NCBI GenBank assembly: GCA_031414775.1
Contig: JANOQI010000036.1
Coordinates: 64,001-128,000 of the forward strand
Direction of reading: 5' to 3'
Length of the DNA: 64,000 nucleotides
DNA from: Synechococcales cyanobacterium VAR_4_metabat_354
GTDB lineage: Bacteria > Cyanobacteriota > Cyanobacteriia > Cyanobacteriales > Chamaesiphonaceae
Of this stretch, positions 1 through 10,672 are shown piece by piece; the first letter of the stretch is position 1, and the number at the start of each line of letters is the position of its first letter. The position numbers were made by a program, and so were the translations under genes. The notes beneath the pieces were generated by a model. It was given only the letters and a program-made list of their open reading frames with translations. It ran no database searches and was not told the DNA's origin.

Positions 1-983
1 CCAGTAGCAGGATTAGCCGATGTCGTCCCAGGAACGGCATAACCGATCGAACCAGTGATTTTATCACTAAGTTTATATTCTGCTGTAACTGCCGCCCCAT
101 CACCACTTTGTCGATAGATCGGGTTGAAACGCCCAAAGCGCGAAATAGAACCACCACCACCAGATGACAGAAGCGGATTGAAGGTATACATGTTTTCATT
201 GAACTCACTACCAACCGATTCTAAAATGACAGTGGCTTTGTCACCGAGCGGTAGTTTGTACTGGAGCAAGGAAATAAAGGAAGCATTTTCTTCACTACCA
301 TCAAATCCTAGGCGGGTCGTATTGGTGCCGGTTGTCGCTGCGCCACTAAAGGGGGTAGTGTTTCTAGCTTGAATCCGAGCACGCAGGCGATCTTTGCCAG
401 TAAAGCTAGTGTCAAAGTTTAAACGCACTCGATCGGAGAAGATGGTGCCGTTGGGGTTGACACCAGGAGAGCCACCATAACCACTTAAGGCAAAGATGAT
501 TTCTCCAACTAACTTGGTGTTGGGCGAAAAGGTATTGGTTTCTTTGTTTTGAGCTAGTTTAGTTTCCACCTTTTCCACTCGATCGTTCAGAGCAGTAATT
601 TCTTGGCGGTAAGTGGTAGCAAGTTCGTTTAATTGCTGTAAGTCTTCTTTAGAGGCCGCTCCAGGTGACTGCGCTAGCTTGGCTTCTAAAGAGTTTAAAC
701 AAATTTCCACATTTTTCGAGAAAGCTGAACGAGAAACCGGCTCTTGACTGGTGCTAACCCCGCATTGGTAGCGGTTGTTAAGACGTTGCAATGTTTGAAA
801 ATTGCGATCGGACGGATTGACCATTTCGCCTGCTGGCTGAGCTTCACTGCTAGCAATGTTGGGTGCTGGCAACTCGGGAGCGGGGGCTTCCTTGGCCATG
901 ACTGGATTGCTAGCTGCCATTACAACTAGACCCAAGATCAGGCCGGAAATTTTAATATTTTTATGTGTCATTAGGGAAAACAT
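1..983 (-). CDS. Cyanobacterial outer-membrane porin (SLH/OprB 'iron uptake porin' family), 3' end outside window
   Basis: Not in ORF track. Manual translation from ATG 983: signal peptide, then FSPNTKLVGEIIFA, RVRLNFDTSFTGKDRLRARIQA, SISRFGRFNPIYR, typical of cyanobacterial porins. Confidence 0.9.
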   Translation of the reverse strand, partial: MFSLMTHKNIKISGLILGLVVMAASNPVMAKEAPAPELPAPNIASSEAQPAGEMVNPSDRNFQTLQRLNNRYQCGVSTSQEPVSRSAFSKNVEICLNSLEAKLAQSPGAASKEDLQQLNELATTYRQEITALNDRVEKVETKLAQNKETNTFSPNTKLVGEIIFALSGYGGSPGVNPNGTIFSDRVRLNFDTSFTGKDRLRARIQARNTTPFSGAATTGTNTTRLGFDGSEENASFISLLQYKLPLGDKATVILESVGSEFNENMYTFNPLLSSGGGGSISRFGRFNPIYRQSGDGAAVTAEYKLSDKITGSIGYAVPGTTSANPAT

Positions 984-1045
984 GCTTCTCACACCCGTGT
1001 ACTTTGCTACAGTTTAAAGAATACTATGGAAAATAACATGATCAA

Positions 1046-1061
1046 TGTATCTGGGCATACA
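1046..1061. promoter_or_regulatory. NtcA binding site upstream of porin
   Basis: TGTAtctgggcaTACA = TGTA-N8-TACA. Minus-strand TAN3T boxes TATTCT (1023-1018, 23-nt spacing) and TAGTAT (1026-1021). Confidence 0.65.
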
Positions 1062-1133
1062 TAATGTTTAGTATTTATACTTATAAGATTTTACATTACA
1101 ACGCTGCCACTATTCAAAATAAAATTAAGGTAA

Positions 1134-2420
1134 TTAGCTAGTTGGTAACTGAATTTGGAGCCAGCCGCCACCAGTTTTCGGATGATTGTGAGCCGTGATG
1201 TTGCCGCCATGAGCCAGGATAATTTGTTTAACGATCGATAGTCCCAATCCGCTACCAGTGGTGATGGTGGTAGCCGAGCTTTGCTGGTGACGAGCAGGAT
1301 CGCCGCGAAACAGTCGATCAAATACCTGATCCAAATCCGGCGGATTAAAACCATGACCAGCATCGATAATATCGATTGTAACCAGCTGCTCTTGGCTATG
1401 GGTAATTACCTGAATCTGGCTGTGATCTGGACTATATCTGATCGCGTTATCAAAAAGATTAATTAAAACCTGGGCGAGACTGACTGGATCGGCGCATAGT
1501 TTGAAGCTGGTGTCACCTGTTTGCTGGCAAGAAATACTTTTCTGATTTGCTAACGGTTCTAAAATATACCAGGCATCTGTAATCAATTGATCAAGCTGAA
1601 TCGGCTGTTTTTTGATGTGTTGGGGAGCATTTTCTTGAAGCTGATTTAACTCTAAAAAACCTTGTACTAGTTTGGTTAGTCGATCGATCTCCGGGATCAT
1701 CCGGTCAGTCCACTGTTGGAGTGATGGTTCCACCTTACTTTGAATGGTTTCGGTCATCAAACGCAGCGCGGTCAGGGGCGTGCGTAACTCATGAGCCAAG
1801 TCAGTAGTCCAGCGATCGCGGGCTTTATTGATGGCCACCAAGGGTTGGCGATTTTCTAAGAAAATTCCCACAGCTTTTCGGGGTAGAGACACCGTCACAG
1901 CTTTGATCGTGGTTGCTAAACTATCAGCGGGCTGGTCACTATAGTTAGGATATAACTGCCACTCTAACTCTTTACCTACCTGAGTCTTCCTGGTTTGACT
2001 AATCAGCTGATCCAACTCAAAAGAACGCACTATTGCGAGTAATACTGGTGGCTTGTTTGGTTGCCAGTCGGTGAGGTGCAGTAGTTGTTGGGCTTGGGCA
2101 TTACACCACAAAATTTGATTGTCGGCATTGAGCTGAATATAGCCGATCGGTGCGGCTCGCCACAGAGCTTGCCAGCTGGTTAACTCCTCTTCTCGTTCTT
2201 GGAGCTGGTTATTAATGCTTACAGCACTCCGTCTGAGCTTGGACAGGACTGACCGGGAACTAACTAACCGAGAACTAACCAATTGAGAATTATAGTCTGT
2301 CCGTTGATTGATCAAATTTAAGATAGCTTGTAATTGGGCGGTGTTTTTGGTCTGAAACCAAGTGAAGCTAGCTAATCCACCAATAATTACCCCCGCTAGT
2401 GTACAGAGCAGATAAATCAT
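1134..2420 (-). CDS. sphS: Phosphate-sensing histidine kinase SphS/PhoR
   Basis: LAHELRTPLT H-box, NLFDNAIRYS N-box, GSGLGLSI G2-box, PAS-like region; adjacent to phoU. Confidence 0.85.
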   Translation of the reverse strand: MIYLLCTLAGVIIGGLASFTWFQTKNTAQLQAILNLINQRTDYNSQLVSSRLVSSRSVLSKLRRSAVSINNQLQEREEELTSWQALWRAAPIGYIQLNADNQILWCNAQAQQLLHLTDWQPNKPPVLLAIVRSFELDQLISQTRKTQVGKELEWQLYPNYSDQPADSLATTIKAVTVSLPRKAVGIFLENRQPLVAINKARDRWTTDLAHELRTPLTALRLMTETIQSKVEPSLQQWTDRMIPEIDRLTKLVQGFLELNQLQENAPQHIKKQPIQLDQLITDAWYILEPLANQKSISCQQTGDTSFKLCADPVSLAQVLINLFDNAIRYSPDHSQIQVITHSQEQLVTIDIIDAGHGFNPPDLDQVFDRLFRGDPARHQQSSATTITTGSGLGLSIVKQIILAHGGNITAHNHPKTGGGWLQIQLPTS

Positions 2421-2468
2421 TGGCCTTGTTCCTCAAAATTCATAAATTGTCTAGCCTGGTTTTCGGCT

Positions 2469-3161
2469 TTAATTCCTGTCGCCGGTGACAACATAGCGAA
2501 TGCGCCGGGACACATTATTGGCATGGTCAGCCATTCGTTCTAGATGGCGACTGCTCAGGATCAGCAGTATAACTGGTTCCAATGACCCTTTAAAATCTTG
2601 CTGTGAAGATAGAGTTTGATAGATCTGAGTATAGACTTGATCTACTTGGTCATCGAGCCGATCGATCTCCTGATAGGCTTGCCCATCTAAGTTAGTGATG
2701 GCTGTTAAGCTTTTTTCTAGCATCAACCGAGTTTTATTGGACATTTGTTCAATCTGGGGCATACATTTATGAGCTGGATAGCGGAATAGTTGACCAGCTA
2801 TTTTGCCTAAATCTTCAGCATAATCACCGATTCTCTCTAAGTCTCGGACAATTTGAATAAATGCACTCAGCAACCGTAAATCTTGGGCAACAGGGGAAGC
2901 AATCGACATCAGTTGCACACTTTGCCCGTCGATTTGGCGATAAAACTGATCGATATCTTCGTCCAGTTTAATGATTTGATCGATCGCCGCAAGATTGCGA
3001 TCAAATAATGCTTCATGAGAGAGCCGACAAGAGTTTCCCACTAAGATCCCCATTCGCAAAACGTCCTGTTCTAACTCCCGGATTTTGCGCTGGAACTGTG
3101 AAGATGCAAAAGCAGAATTATAATGAACTGACAAGATGGTGCCCCGATTAACCTTGAACAA
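2469..3161 (-). CDS. phoU: Phosphate signalling protein PhoU
   Basis: DLERIGDYA and HLERMADHA repeats; start uncertain. Confidence 0.93.
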   Translation of the reverse strand: MFKVNRGTILSVHYNSAFASSQFQRKIRELEQDVLRMGILVGNSCRLSHEALFDRNLAAIDQIIKLDEDIDQFYRQIDGQSVQLMSIASPVAQDLRLLSAFIQIVRDLERIGDYAEDLGKIAGQLFRYPAHKCMPQIEQMSNKTRLMLEKSLTAITNLDGQAYQEIDRLDDQVDQVYTQIYQTLSSQQDFKGSLEPVILLILSSRHLERMADHANNVSRRIRYVVTGDRN

Positions 3162-3281
3162 AAAATCGATGGTTCGATCGAAATTATTGAATTTGAGAAA
3201 CCATTATAGTCCCAAAGATTTTGTCTATTCGGTTATCAAAATCACCAGATCGCGCATAATTAGTGACTGCACCTCGCTGCT

Positions 3282-4427
3282 TTGTTTTTACCTGTGGATA
3301 TTTACCAACTGGCTCTCCGTCCGCTGCTTTTTCAACTTCTCCAATCCGATCCAGAGGCTGTCCATCAGCAATCACTAGCTTTACTGAGTTCGATCGATCT
3401 AAATACTTTTCCTGGCTCTCACATTCTCAAAGCCAGTTGGCAACAATTGTTTTGCCAAGCAGATACCCGCTTGCAGCAAACGCTGTGGGGGCACAATTTC
3501 CCCAACCCCGTGGGACTAGCAGCTGGTTTTGATAAGGATGGCATCGCCGCCGGAATTTGGCCATATTTAGGGTTTGGCTTTGCGGAATTGGGTACCGTTA
3601 CTTACCATGCCCAACCCGGTAATCCTCAGCCCCGTCTTTTTCGGCTCCCAGCAGACAGAGCAGCTCTGAATCGGATGGGCTTTAATAATCAAGGTAGTGC
3701 CGTGCTAGCGGAGCGGTTAGCGGCTCGCCAGGGGCAGTTACCTAGTAATCCCATCGGCATCAACCTGGGCAAGTCTAAAATCACTGAAGAGCAGGATGCG
3801 GCTGCCGATTATGTCGGCAGTTTCCAACGGCTGCAAGCCTATGGTGATTATTTTGTGATTAATGTTAGTTCCCCCAACACGCCCGGTTTAAGGAATCTCC
3901 AAAATGTCGAACTTTTAAATCCAATTTTGGCGCAGATTCAGCAAGTTAATCAGGGTCAGAAGCCTTTGCTAGTCAAAATTGCACCCGATCTGGCTTGGGA
4001 AGACATTGAGTTGATTGTACAAGTTGCTCAACAAAACCAACTGGCGGGCATTATTGCGACCAATACCACCATTAGTCGAGCTGGCCTAAATACCAAAACC
4101 CTCGCTGCTACGGGTCGGTTATTAGCTGATGAAGCTGGAGGGATAAGTGGTGCGCCAGTGAGAGATCGATCGACTGCCATAATTCGGTTTATTTACCAAG
4201 TTAGTCAGGGGCAGCTACCAATTATGGGAGTAGGCGGTATTTTCTCGGCCGCCGATGCCTGGGACAAAATCACCGCTGGCGCTAGCTTGGTGCAAATTTA
4301 CACCGGTTGGACATACCAGGGACCCTGGTTGGTGAGTCGGATTTTAGCTGGTTTACTGACTGAGTTAGAACGGGCTGGCCTGGATCAGATCAGTCAGGCG
4401 GTGGGGATTAATGCCGATGCTACTTAA
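3282..4427 (+). CDS. pyrD: Quinone-dependent dihydroorotate dehydrogenase
   Basis: [39 protein letters not shown]. Confidence 0.97.
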   Translation: MFLPVDIYQLALRPLLFQLLQSDPEAVHQQSLALLSSIDLNTFPGSHILKASWQQLFCQADTRLQQTLWGHNFPNPVGLAAGFDKDGIAAGIWPYLGFGFAELGTVTYHAQPGNPQPRLFRLPADRAALNRMGFNNQGSAVLAERLAARQGQLPSNPIGINLGKSKITEEQDAAADYVGSFQRLQAYGDYFVINVSSPNTPGLRNLQNVELLNPILAQIQQVNQGQKPLLVKIAPDLAWEDIELIVQVAQQNQLAGIIATNTTISRAGLNTKTLAATGRLLADEAGGISGAPVRDRSTAIIRFIYQVSQGQLPIMGVGGIFSAADAWDKITAGASLVQIYTGWTYQGPWLVSRILAGLLTELERAGLDQISQAVGINADAT

Positions 4428-5103
4428 GAATAGCCAACCCGGCTAGGCCATGGAAATCTTTTTGCACCCGCTGAGTCAGTCGCTTAGAAACCTGACGGAC
4501 AATTTGCTTGAGCAAGTTATCACCAGTTTTTTGAATTACCGCCCGGGGCAACTTGTGGATAAATTTGGGAAACTGAATGGCCACTTCTAAATTGAGGTTC
4601 CATTCTATTTGGGTCATCAGCTGATCGGCTTTGACAACTTCTACTAAGCGCATCTCCGCATCAAAATCCACTTCGTAGCCCGGTGCTTGATAATCGGGGA
4701 TGTTAATAGTTTTAATAGGATAAATATCTTGGCTTTGCGGCAGCAACTCCAAGCCCACCTTCGGTTCGACCACATAGCCAAAAGAATTAAACCTGCCGAT
4801 TGTGATGGCATAACCATTGGCACTTAAAGATTCCACCTGCATAGGTTGGGCGCATCTGGTAAACCAATCGGGGTGTTGATCCAAATACTGAGCCACAGTT
4901 TTGATATCAGCATTCATCAGCATTTTGTCGGCGAACCGATTGGCAAATATAGTTTTGTCTACTTTTTTATCTACTGCCGCTAGCGACTCGTGCTGATCAG
5001 CTGTAACTGTCTGTGCTGATCGCCATGGTTGCTTCTGATTGACCACCGCTGGCTGCTCCATTAATGTTGTGCGCATTAACCTCACTATTCCCCTATGTAC
5101 CAT
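4420..5103 (-). CDS. DUF1997 domain protein
   Basis: [31 protein letters not shown] resemble cyanobacterial DUF1997. Confidence 0.75.
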   Translation of the reverse strand: MVHRGIVRLMRTTLMEQPAVVNQKQPWRSAQTVTADQHESLAAVDKKVDKTIFANRFADKMLMNADIKTVAQYLDQHPDWFTRCAQPMQVESLSANGYAITIGRFNSFGYVVEPKVGLELLPQSQDIYPIKTINIPDYQAPGYEVDFDAEMRLVEVVKADQLMTQIEWNLNLEVAIQFPKFIHKLPRAVIQKTGDNLLKQIVRQVSKRLTQRVQKDFHGLAGLAILK

Positions 5104-5290
5104 TCAATTTACTACTACAGGCCGAAAAACCTGTTCACCAGATATTGTCTCTGATTTATAGATGACCCGATGGTGATCTATGTTGCCGAAACTTTGTGAT
5201 AAATTTGCTTTCTCCGCAAAATATTTTTTCTTCTAATATTAGAGAGGTAGATTCTTACTCACTTCGCCCACCTGACCTTAACATATTGTA

Positions 5291-5947
5291 ATGAAAGTAT
5301 TTGTAGCTGGTGCCACAGGCGCGACAGGCCAACGGGTCGTCCAAATCTTATGCGATCGACAGATTGCTGTCCGAGCGCTGGTGCGCGACCTAGAAAAAGC
5401 TAGATCGCTCCTACCGGCAGCTGTTGAGTTGGTGCAAGGGGATGTGGGTGCTAAGGAGACCCTAGCCACAGCGATGGCCGATTGCGATGCCATTATTTGT
5501 GCTACTGGTGCCAAACCGAGCTTTGATCCGACTGGTCCCTATCAAGTGGACTATATAGGCACCAAGAATTTAGTCAATGCGGCCAAAAGCCAGCACATTC
5601 AAAAATTTGTAATTGTTTCGTCTTTATGTGTTTCCAAGTTATTTCATCCTCTCAATCTGTTTTGGCTAATCTTGTATTGGAAGCAACAGGGCGAAGATTA
5701 CTTAAAAAATAGTGGTCTCACCTATACGATCGTCCGACCGGGCGGCTTGAAAAACGATCAGACAGCCGGGCCATTAGTAATGTCGAAAGCCGATACCTTA
5801 TTTGATGGTAGTATTCCCCGCCAAAAAGTGGCTGAGGTTTGTGTAGAAGCGCTGTTTCAACCGGCGGCAGAGAACAAAGTAGTAGAAATTATTTGTCAGT
5901 CTACGGCTACTAGTAAAAACTGGGAAGAGCTATTTGCGAGTGTTTAG
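5291..5947 (+). CDS. NAD(P)-binding atypical SDR oxidoreductase (TIC62/Ycf39-like)
   Basis: VAGATGATG Rossmann motif, YTIVRPGGL. Confidence 0.88.
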   Translation: MKVFVAGATGATGQRVVQILCDRQIAVRALVRDLEKARSLLPAAVELVQGDVGAKETLATAMADCDAIICATGAKPSFDPTGPYQVDYIGTKNLVNAAKSQHIQKFVIVSSLCVSKLFHPLNLFWLILYWKQQGEDYLKNSGLTYTIVRPGGLKNDQTAGPLVMSKADTLFDGSIPRQKVAEVCVEALFQPAAENKVVEIICQSTATSKNWEELFASV

Positions 5948-6614
5948 AGTAAAGTTTCTCGAACAGCCTCAAAATGTGGCTGGTCTATTAGTGGCGGTGA
6001 GCTTGTTGGGAATGAGCCTGCTGTTCTTGAGTAATCTGCTGACATCTGATGATGATAGCTCGGTAAAAGACCCGTTGTTTAGATATGCCAATGCCTCATT
6101 GGTGATGCAAGATGGCGACCCTTATATTCGGACTTTAATGCGGATGATTTCGGCTAGTGAGTCTAACGATCGACAGCCCTATTCGCTAATTTATGGCGGT
6201 GGCAGAGCCAAAGATTTAAACAAACATCCCAACACCTGTGCGGCTATTAAGGCTGGCCCTAATAAAGGTAATTGCAGTACAGCTGCTGGCCGCTATCAGA
6301 TGCTGAATACGACTTGGGCCGAAAAAGCCCGTCGTTATCACGCCGAAGAGAAAGGCTGGCCATGGGATCGCTACTATAGCTTTGCCCCTTTGCAACAAGA
6401 TCGAGTGGTGTACAACTGGCTAAATGACCAGAAAGCTTGGAATATGGATCTAGCTGGAGAACTACGCCAGGGTCATGTGGAGGTAGTGCGTAAGCGTTTA
6501 TCTCGGACTTGGACAAGCCTGGGCTACGGCATTGAAAATAACGCCGTGACACCGCAGCTAGCTAGTATCTATGACAAGATATTGAAGGAAGAGTTGGCTA
6601 AGAATTCCAAATAG
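5934..6614 (+). CDS. Membrane-anchored lambda-type lysozyme/muramidase (GH104/GH24-like)
   Basis: ISASES, STAAGRYQML..TW, N-terminal TM helix. Confidence 0.8.
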   Translation: MRVFRVKFLEQPQNVAGLLVAVSLLGMSLLFLSNLLTSDDDSSVKDPLFRYANASLVMQDGDPYIRTLMRMISASESNDRQPYSLIYGGGRAKDLNKHPNTCAAIKAGPNKGNCSTAAGRYQMLNTTWAEKARRYHAEEKGWPWDRYYSFAPLQQDRVVYNWLNDQKAWNMDLAGELRQGHVEVVRKRLSRTWTSLGYGIENNAVTPQLASIYDKILKEELAKNSK

Positions 6615-7722
6615 TGGTAGCTAATGGGGCTGTAGTGGTGGAAACCATCGCGGCCACTAGTTGCTCTGGTACCACGACAAAAGGTAAGCGGTGAATATCC
6701 GATTGGGGTTGACAGGCGATCGCAGCGGCTTGTTGCAGGTCGGCTAAGGTTACTTGAGCCAGTCCCAAATCGGCGAGGGTACTGGGTAAACCAACTTGCT
6801 GATAAAAATCTAAGAGTTGATGGCGGGTGGTGGCGGCAAGTTGGTTGCCGCCGACCACTTCTTCGAGACGCAGTTGGACGAGAATGCCAAAAGCTACTTT
6901 TTCGCCATGTAGCGCATGGTGACAAGCCGGTAGGTGGGTGAGACCGTTGTGTACGGCGTGAGCAGCGACGGTGCGACACTGGGCACCACCAAGGCCGCCA
7001 ATCACTCCGGCTAGTAAGACGGTGGCATCAACTACGTCTTGCCATTCGGCACCGCCAATATCGGCAATAGCCGCGACAGATTTTTGGAAAAGGAGGTCGC
7101 GCAGGACTCGGGCTTGTTGAACAGCAGCAATTAAGAGGGTTCGATCGGAGTCGCCGCTACTAACACTGGCTTCGTACCACTTGGCGATCGCATCCCCAAT
7201 ACCAGCAATCAGAGTGCGGGGCGGGGCGGTGGCAATGATATCGTAGTCGAGGATTAAAAGATCGGGGCAGTGAGGTAAGCTCACATCGGATAAGAAGGCT
7301 CCGGCTTCGGTGTAAATGTTGGAGAGGGCAGTCCAGGCGGCACAGGTGGCGGCAGTGGTAGGGATGGTAACGACGGCGAGGTGAGCGTTATGAGCAATTA
7401 GTTTGGCCATGTCTAGGCATTTGCCGCCCCCGATGCCAATAATTAGGTCGGCTTGGTGGAGTTCGATCAATCTCTCTAATCTTTGGCGGGTGGTTTCGCA
7501 GCAGTCGGGGGCATAGTGCTCTTTTTTAATGTCTAAACTAGGCGTTTGCCACAGGGGTGTTAATTGTTTTAAGGCTAGACTTTGCTGGCCACCAATGACT
7601 AATGGTCGCTGACCTAGTTGGGTGATGTGGGGGATGGCGGAAACTAGGGCTTGTTGGCCTCGACAGACTTGTCGGGGGGCAACCATCAAATTTATAATCT
7701 GGTCAGTCATGATTTTTGACAA
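6598..7722 (-). CDS. gldA: Glycerol dehydrogenase-like iron-containing alcohol dehydrogenase
   Basis: GIGGGKCLD, AGIGDAIAKWYE, AHAVHNGL, LHGEKVAFG. Confidence 0.8.
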   Translation of the reverse strand: MSKIMTDQIINLMVAPRQVCRGQQALVSAIPHITQLGQRPLVIGGQQSLALKQLTPLWQTPSLDIKKEHYAPDCCETTRQRLERLIELHQADLIIGIGGGKCLDMAKLIAHNAHLAVVTIPTTAATCAAWTALSNIYTEAGAFLSDVSLPHCPDLLILDYDIIATAPPRTLIAGIGDAIAKWYEASVSSGDSDRTLLIAAVQQARVLRDLLFQKSVAAIADIGGAEWQDVVDATVLLAGVIGGLGGAQCRTVAAHAVHNGLTHLPACHHALHGEKVAFGILVQLRLEEVVGGNQLAATTRHQLLDFYQQVGLPSTLADLGLAQVTLADLQQAAAIACQPQSDIHRLPFVVVPEQLVAAMVSTTTAPLATTIWNS

Positions 7723-7820
7723 CTGGGATCTATACCTAGACTATATTATAGGGCTGATGATAGTGTTTAGATCAAGGATTGCCGGTACACGAAGCAAATC
7801 AATCAAAATTAGTACCGAAG

Positions 7821-8408
7821 TTACTGCATACTATTTTCGAGAGCGAACACTATATCATCGTAGATCTGCTCGATGGGCACAGTTAAATTCACGCTTGAAA
7901 ATTCGACTAAATCTCCGGATCGATAGTTGATGATATCCCATTTTCCATCTTCGTCTTTTTGATATATCTCGATGTCGATCGAATTCGCATCGATCAACAC
8001 ATAATCTCTCAAAGTAGGATTTCGTCGATACATTCTAAATTTATTACCTCGGTCATAAGCTTCCGTGCCAGGGGATAGTATCTCAACAATTAGACAAGGG
8101 TAAGTAATATATTGGGAGGTGGTTTTATCTCTGTCATCACAGGTCACACTAAGATCAGGATAAACATAATCAGTTGATTCCACGATGTTCACTCGCGCAT
8201 CGGAAGTCAAAACTTGACAGCTTCCGTCGCGCAAGTGGCCCTTGAGTAAAAAGTTGACGTTACTAGCAATCTTGCTATGATTTATCGTTCCACCAGTCAT
8301 TGCATAGACTTCACCATCGATATATTCGTGGCGACAGTTTTGTTGCTCTTCCCAAGCAAAGTATTCTTCAGGCGTAAATCTCGGAAATCGTTCATGTGCA
8401 ACAATCAT
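7821..8408 (-). CDS. Uma2 family (DUF820) PD-(D/E)XK endonuclease-like protein
   Basis: RHEYIDGEVYAMTGG, YVYPDLSVTC, LIVEILSPGTEAYDRG; start inferred from paralog at 9501. Confidence 0.9.
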   Translation of the reverse strand: MIVAHERFPRFTPEEYFAWEEQQNCRHEYIDGEVYAMTGGTINHSKIASNVNFLLKGHLRDGSCQVLTSDARVNIVESTDYVYPDLSVTCDDRDKTTSQYITYPCLIVEILSPGTEAYDRGNKFRMYRRNPTLRDYVLIDANSIDIEIYQKDEDGKWDIINYRSGDLVEFSSVNLTVPIEQIYDDIVFALENSMQ

Positions 8409-8691
8409 TATTGATGACCCAAGATAGCGATAGAACAATTTTACCATACGCAAAACTCTTTAAGTATTTATACGCCGATTTGGGTCTTGTTTGGCAGGTG
8501 AAGTGCTTTAGAATGCGACATTCACTTAGGTAGTAGTTCAAAGCATTACGATCGAAATAAGTGTTTACGCTGTGGATTTAGTTGGTATCTGGTGGCAATA
8601 TAGAGATATGCAGAAAGCGTTGATGTCTGCGATTAAAACACTATAAAAAAATAAATTTCTTGATTTGATATTTGGCGCTCCATCCTTAGGG

Positions 8692-8812
8692 AACTATCTG
8701 TTGCGACAAAAGACTACACTTACATAAATAATGTAGTTGTGACAAATTGAACCCTACCAATGTGAAAGCCATTGATAATAAAACACTCACTTGACTCTAG
8801 TGGGTGTTTTTG
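8692..8812 (+). ncRNA. Putative structured RNA / leader ending in intrinsic terminator (copy 1)
   Basis: Stem ACTACA-N13-TGTAGT inside an outer stem, hairpin CAATG-tgaaagc-CATTG, terminator AAAACACTCAC...GTGGGTGTTTTT; covariation with copy 2. Confidence 0.45.
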
Positions 8813-8893
8813 TTTTGGGGTGTGTTGTAGAGCCTTGAATAGGCTGACGATCAATTACACTGAAAAATGGGAACTAGTAATTAACCAACAATT

Positions 8894-9481
8894 ATGCAAT
8901 CTCTAGAAACCAGACCGCTGTTAGTTGATATCAGTCACATCACTCTTCGCCTTACTCACCAAGAGTTTGAGCAACTATGTCAAGACAATCCAGAAATGAG
9001 GCTTGAGTTAACAGCCAGCGGAGAATTAATAGTAATGGTACCAGCAGGATGGGAAAGCTCAGAGCGGAATGGAGACTTAATTATTCAAATTGGTAACTGG
9101 AATCGGCAAGCTAAACTAGGGAAGGTTTTTGATTCTTCTGGTGGCTTTACTCTGCCCTCTGGAGCTGTTTTGTCGCCGGATGTGACTTGGATCGAAAAGT
9201 CTAAATTTGCCAATATCTCTGCCAAAATTGCCTTTCCCTCGATCGTCCCCGATTTTGTGATTGAGCTGAGATCTATGACCGATAGCCTCAAAACTCTTCA
9301 GGCTAAAATGTTGGAGTATCAAGCCAACGGTGTTCGTTTGGGGTGGTTAATTAATCCACAACAGCAGCAAGTAGAAGTTTATCGGCTGGGGCAGGTGGTG
9401 GAAGTCTTACAATCCCCCCATAGTCTTGATGGAGAAGATGTTCTGCCTGGGTTTACACTTGATCTAAGTTCAATTTTTTAG
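8894..9481 (+). CDS. Uma2 family endonuclease-like protein
   Basis: FDSSGGFTLP, SPDVTW, PDFVIELRS, GVRLGWLINP. Confidence 0.92.
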   Translation: MQSLETRPLLVDISHITLRLTHQEFEQLCQDNPEMRLELTASGELIVMVPAGWESSERNGDLIIQIGNWNRQAKLGKVFDSSGGFTLPSGAVLSPDVTWIEKSKFANISAKIAFPSIVPDFVIELRSMTDSLKTLQAKMLEYQANGVRLGWLINPQQQQVEVYRLGQVVEVLQSPHSLDGEDVLPGFTLDLSSIF

Positions 9482-9500
9482 CAAACTAATAGAGGCTACT

Positions 9501-10091
9501 ATGATTGCAGTCTACAATAACTTGCCACGATTTACCCCCGAAGAATATTTTGCTTGGGAAGAGCGACAACCAGAACGCCATGAATATATTGATGGTGAAG
9601 TATACGCAATGACCGGTGGTAGCATCAATCATAGTGAGGTCGCCGGAAAATTTCTAACCATACTGAGTAATCATTTAAAAGGACGTGGTTGTAAAATACT
9701 ACCTTCTGATGCAAGAGTAAATATTGTTGGATCAACTGACTATATATATCCCGATATTAGTGTGACCTGCGATAACAGAGATAAAACCACCTCCCAATAT
9801 ATTACTTACCCTTGCTTAATTGTCGAAGTACTATCGCCCAGTACCGCCGCTTATGACCGAGGAGATAAATTTACGATGTATCGACGCAACCCTATCTTGC
9901 AAGATTATGTTTTGGCCAGTGCTGATAAAATGTCGATCGATCTTTTTCACAAAGACGAACAAGGCAAGTGGGATATCCTAAATTATCGGGCTGGAGATGC
10001 TGTTGAATTGCGATCGATCGATCTTAGTTTCCCGATCGAGGATGTTTATCAAGAAATTGTTTTTGAATCAGCTGAGAAAAATATCCAGTAG
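9501..10091 (+). CDS. Uma2 family endonuclease-like protein (paralog of 7821-8408)
   Basis: RHEYIDGEVYAMTGG, YPDISVTC, LIVEVLSPST. Confidence 0.92.
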   Translation: MIAVYNNLPRFTPEEYFAWEERQPERHEYIDGEVYAMTGGSINHSEVAGKFLTILSNHLKGRGCKILPSDARVNIVGSTDYIYPDISVTCDNRDKTTSQYITYPCLIVEVLSPSTAAYDRGDKFTMYRRNPILQDYVLASADKMSIDLFHKDEQGKWDILNYRAGDAVELRSIDLSFPIEDVYQEIVFESAEKNIQ

Positions 10092-10470
10092 CCCAATCCT
10101 ACCAAATGACTCATTGAGTCGATTCTGCCATTGTTTGTAAACGGCGCAAGAACCTATCTTGCACTACATCATCATCGATAAACCTTGTCTTTTCCAAATT
10201 CATAGGGACTTTGCCTCAAAGCTGTCTGGTGCGTAGGCAGTAAGTATTTATACGCCGATTTGGGTCTTGTTTGGTGGGTGAAGTGCTTCAGAATGCGACA
10301 TTCACTTAGGTAGTAGTTCAAAGCATTACGATCGAGATAAGTGTTTACACAGTGGATTTAGTTGGTATCTAATGGCAATATAGGGATATGCAGAAAGCGT
10401 TGATGTCTGCGATTAAAACACTATAAAAAATAAATTCTTTGATTTAATATTTGGCGCTCCATCCTTAGTG

Positions 10471-10592
10471 AACTATCTATCGCAATATAAAGACTACACA
10501 CAATTAAAAGCTGTAGTAGCTATAGATTGAACACTACCAATGTGAAAGCCATTGATAATAAAACACTCACTTGCTCTAGGTGGGTGTTTTTG
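10471..10592 (+). ncRNA. Putative structured RNA / leader (copy 2)
   Basis: Same stems as copy 1 with a different loop; terminator AAAACACTCAC...GTGGGTGTTTTT. Confidence 0.45.
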
Positions 10593-10672
10593 TTTTGGGG
10601 TGTGTTGTAGAGCCTTGAATAGGCTGGCGATCGATTACACTGAAAATGGGAACTAGTAATTAACCAAGAATT

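Larger units (their letters stand above)
8461..9481 (+). repeat. Copy 1 of ~1.02-kb direct duplication (433-bp non-coding leader + Uma2 gene)
   Basis: Aligns to 10241-11260; 9 mismatches in first 180 nt. Confidence 0.95.

Noticed and set aside
124..929. Plus-strand ORFs 124-372 and 744-929
   Set aside because: Antisense shadows of the porin gene
10137..10168. REP-like palindrome (GTA..GGCGCAAG..CTTGCACTAC)
   Set aside because: Single degenerate copy, too weak to call
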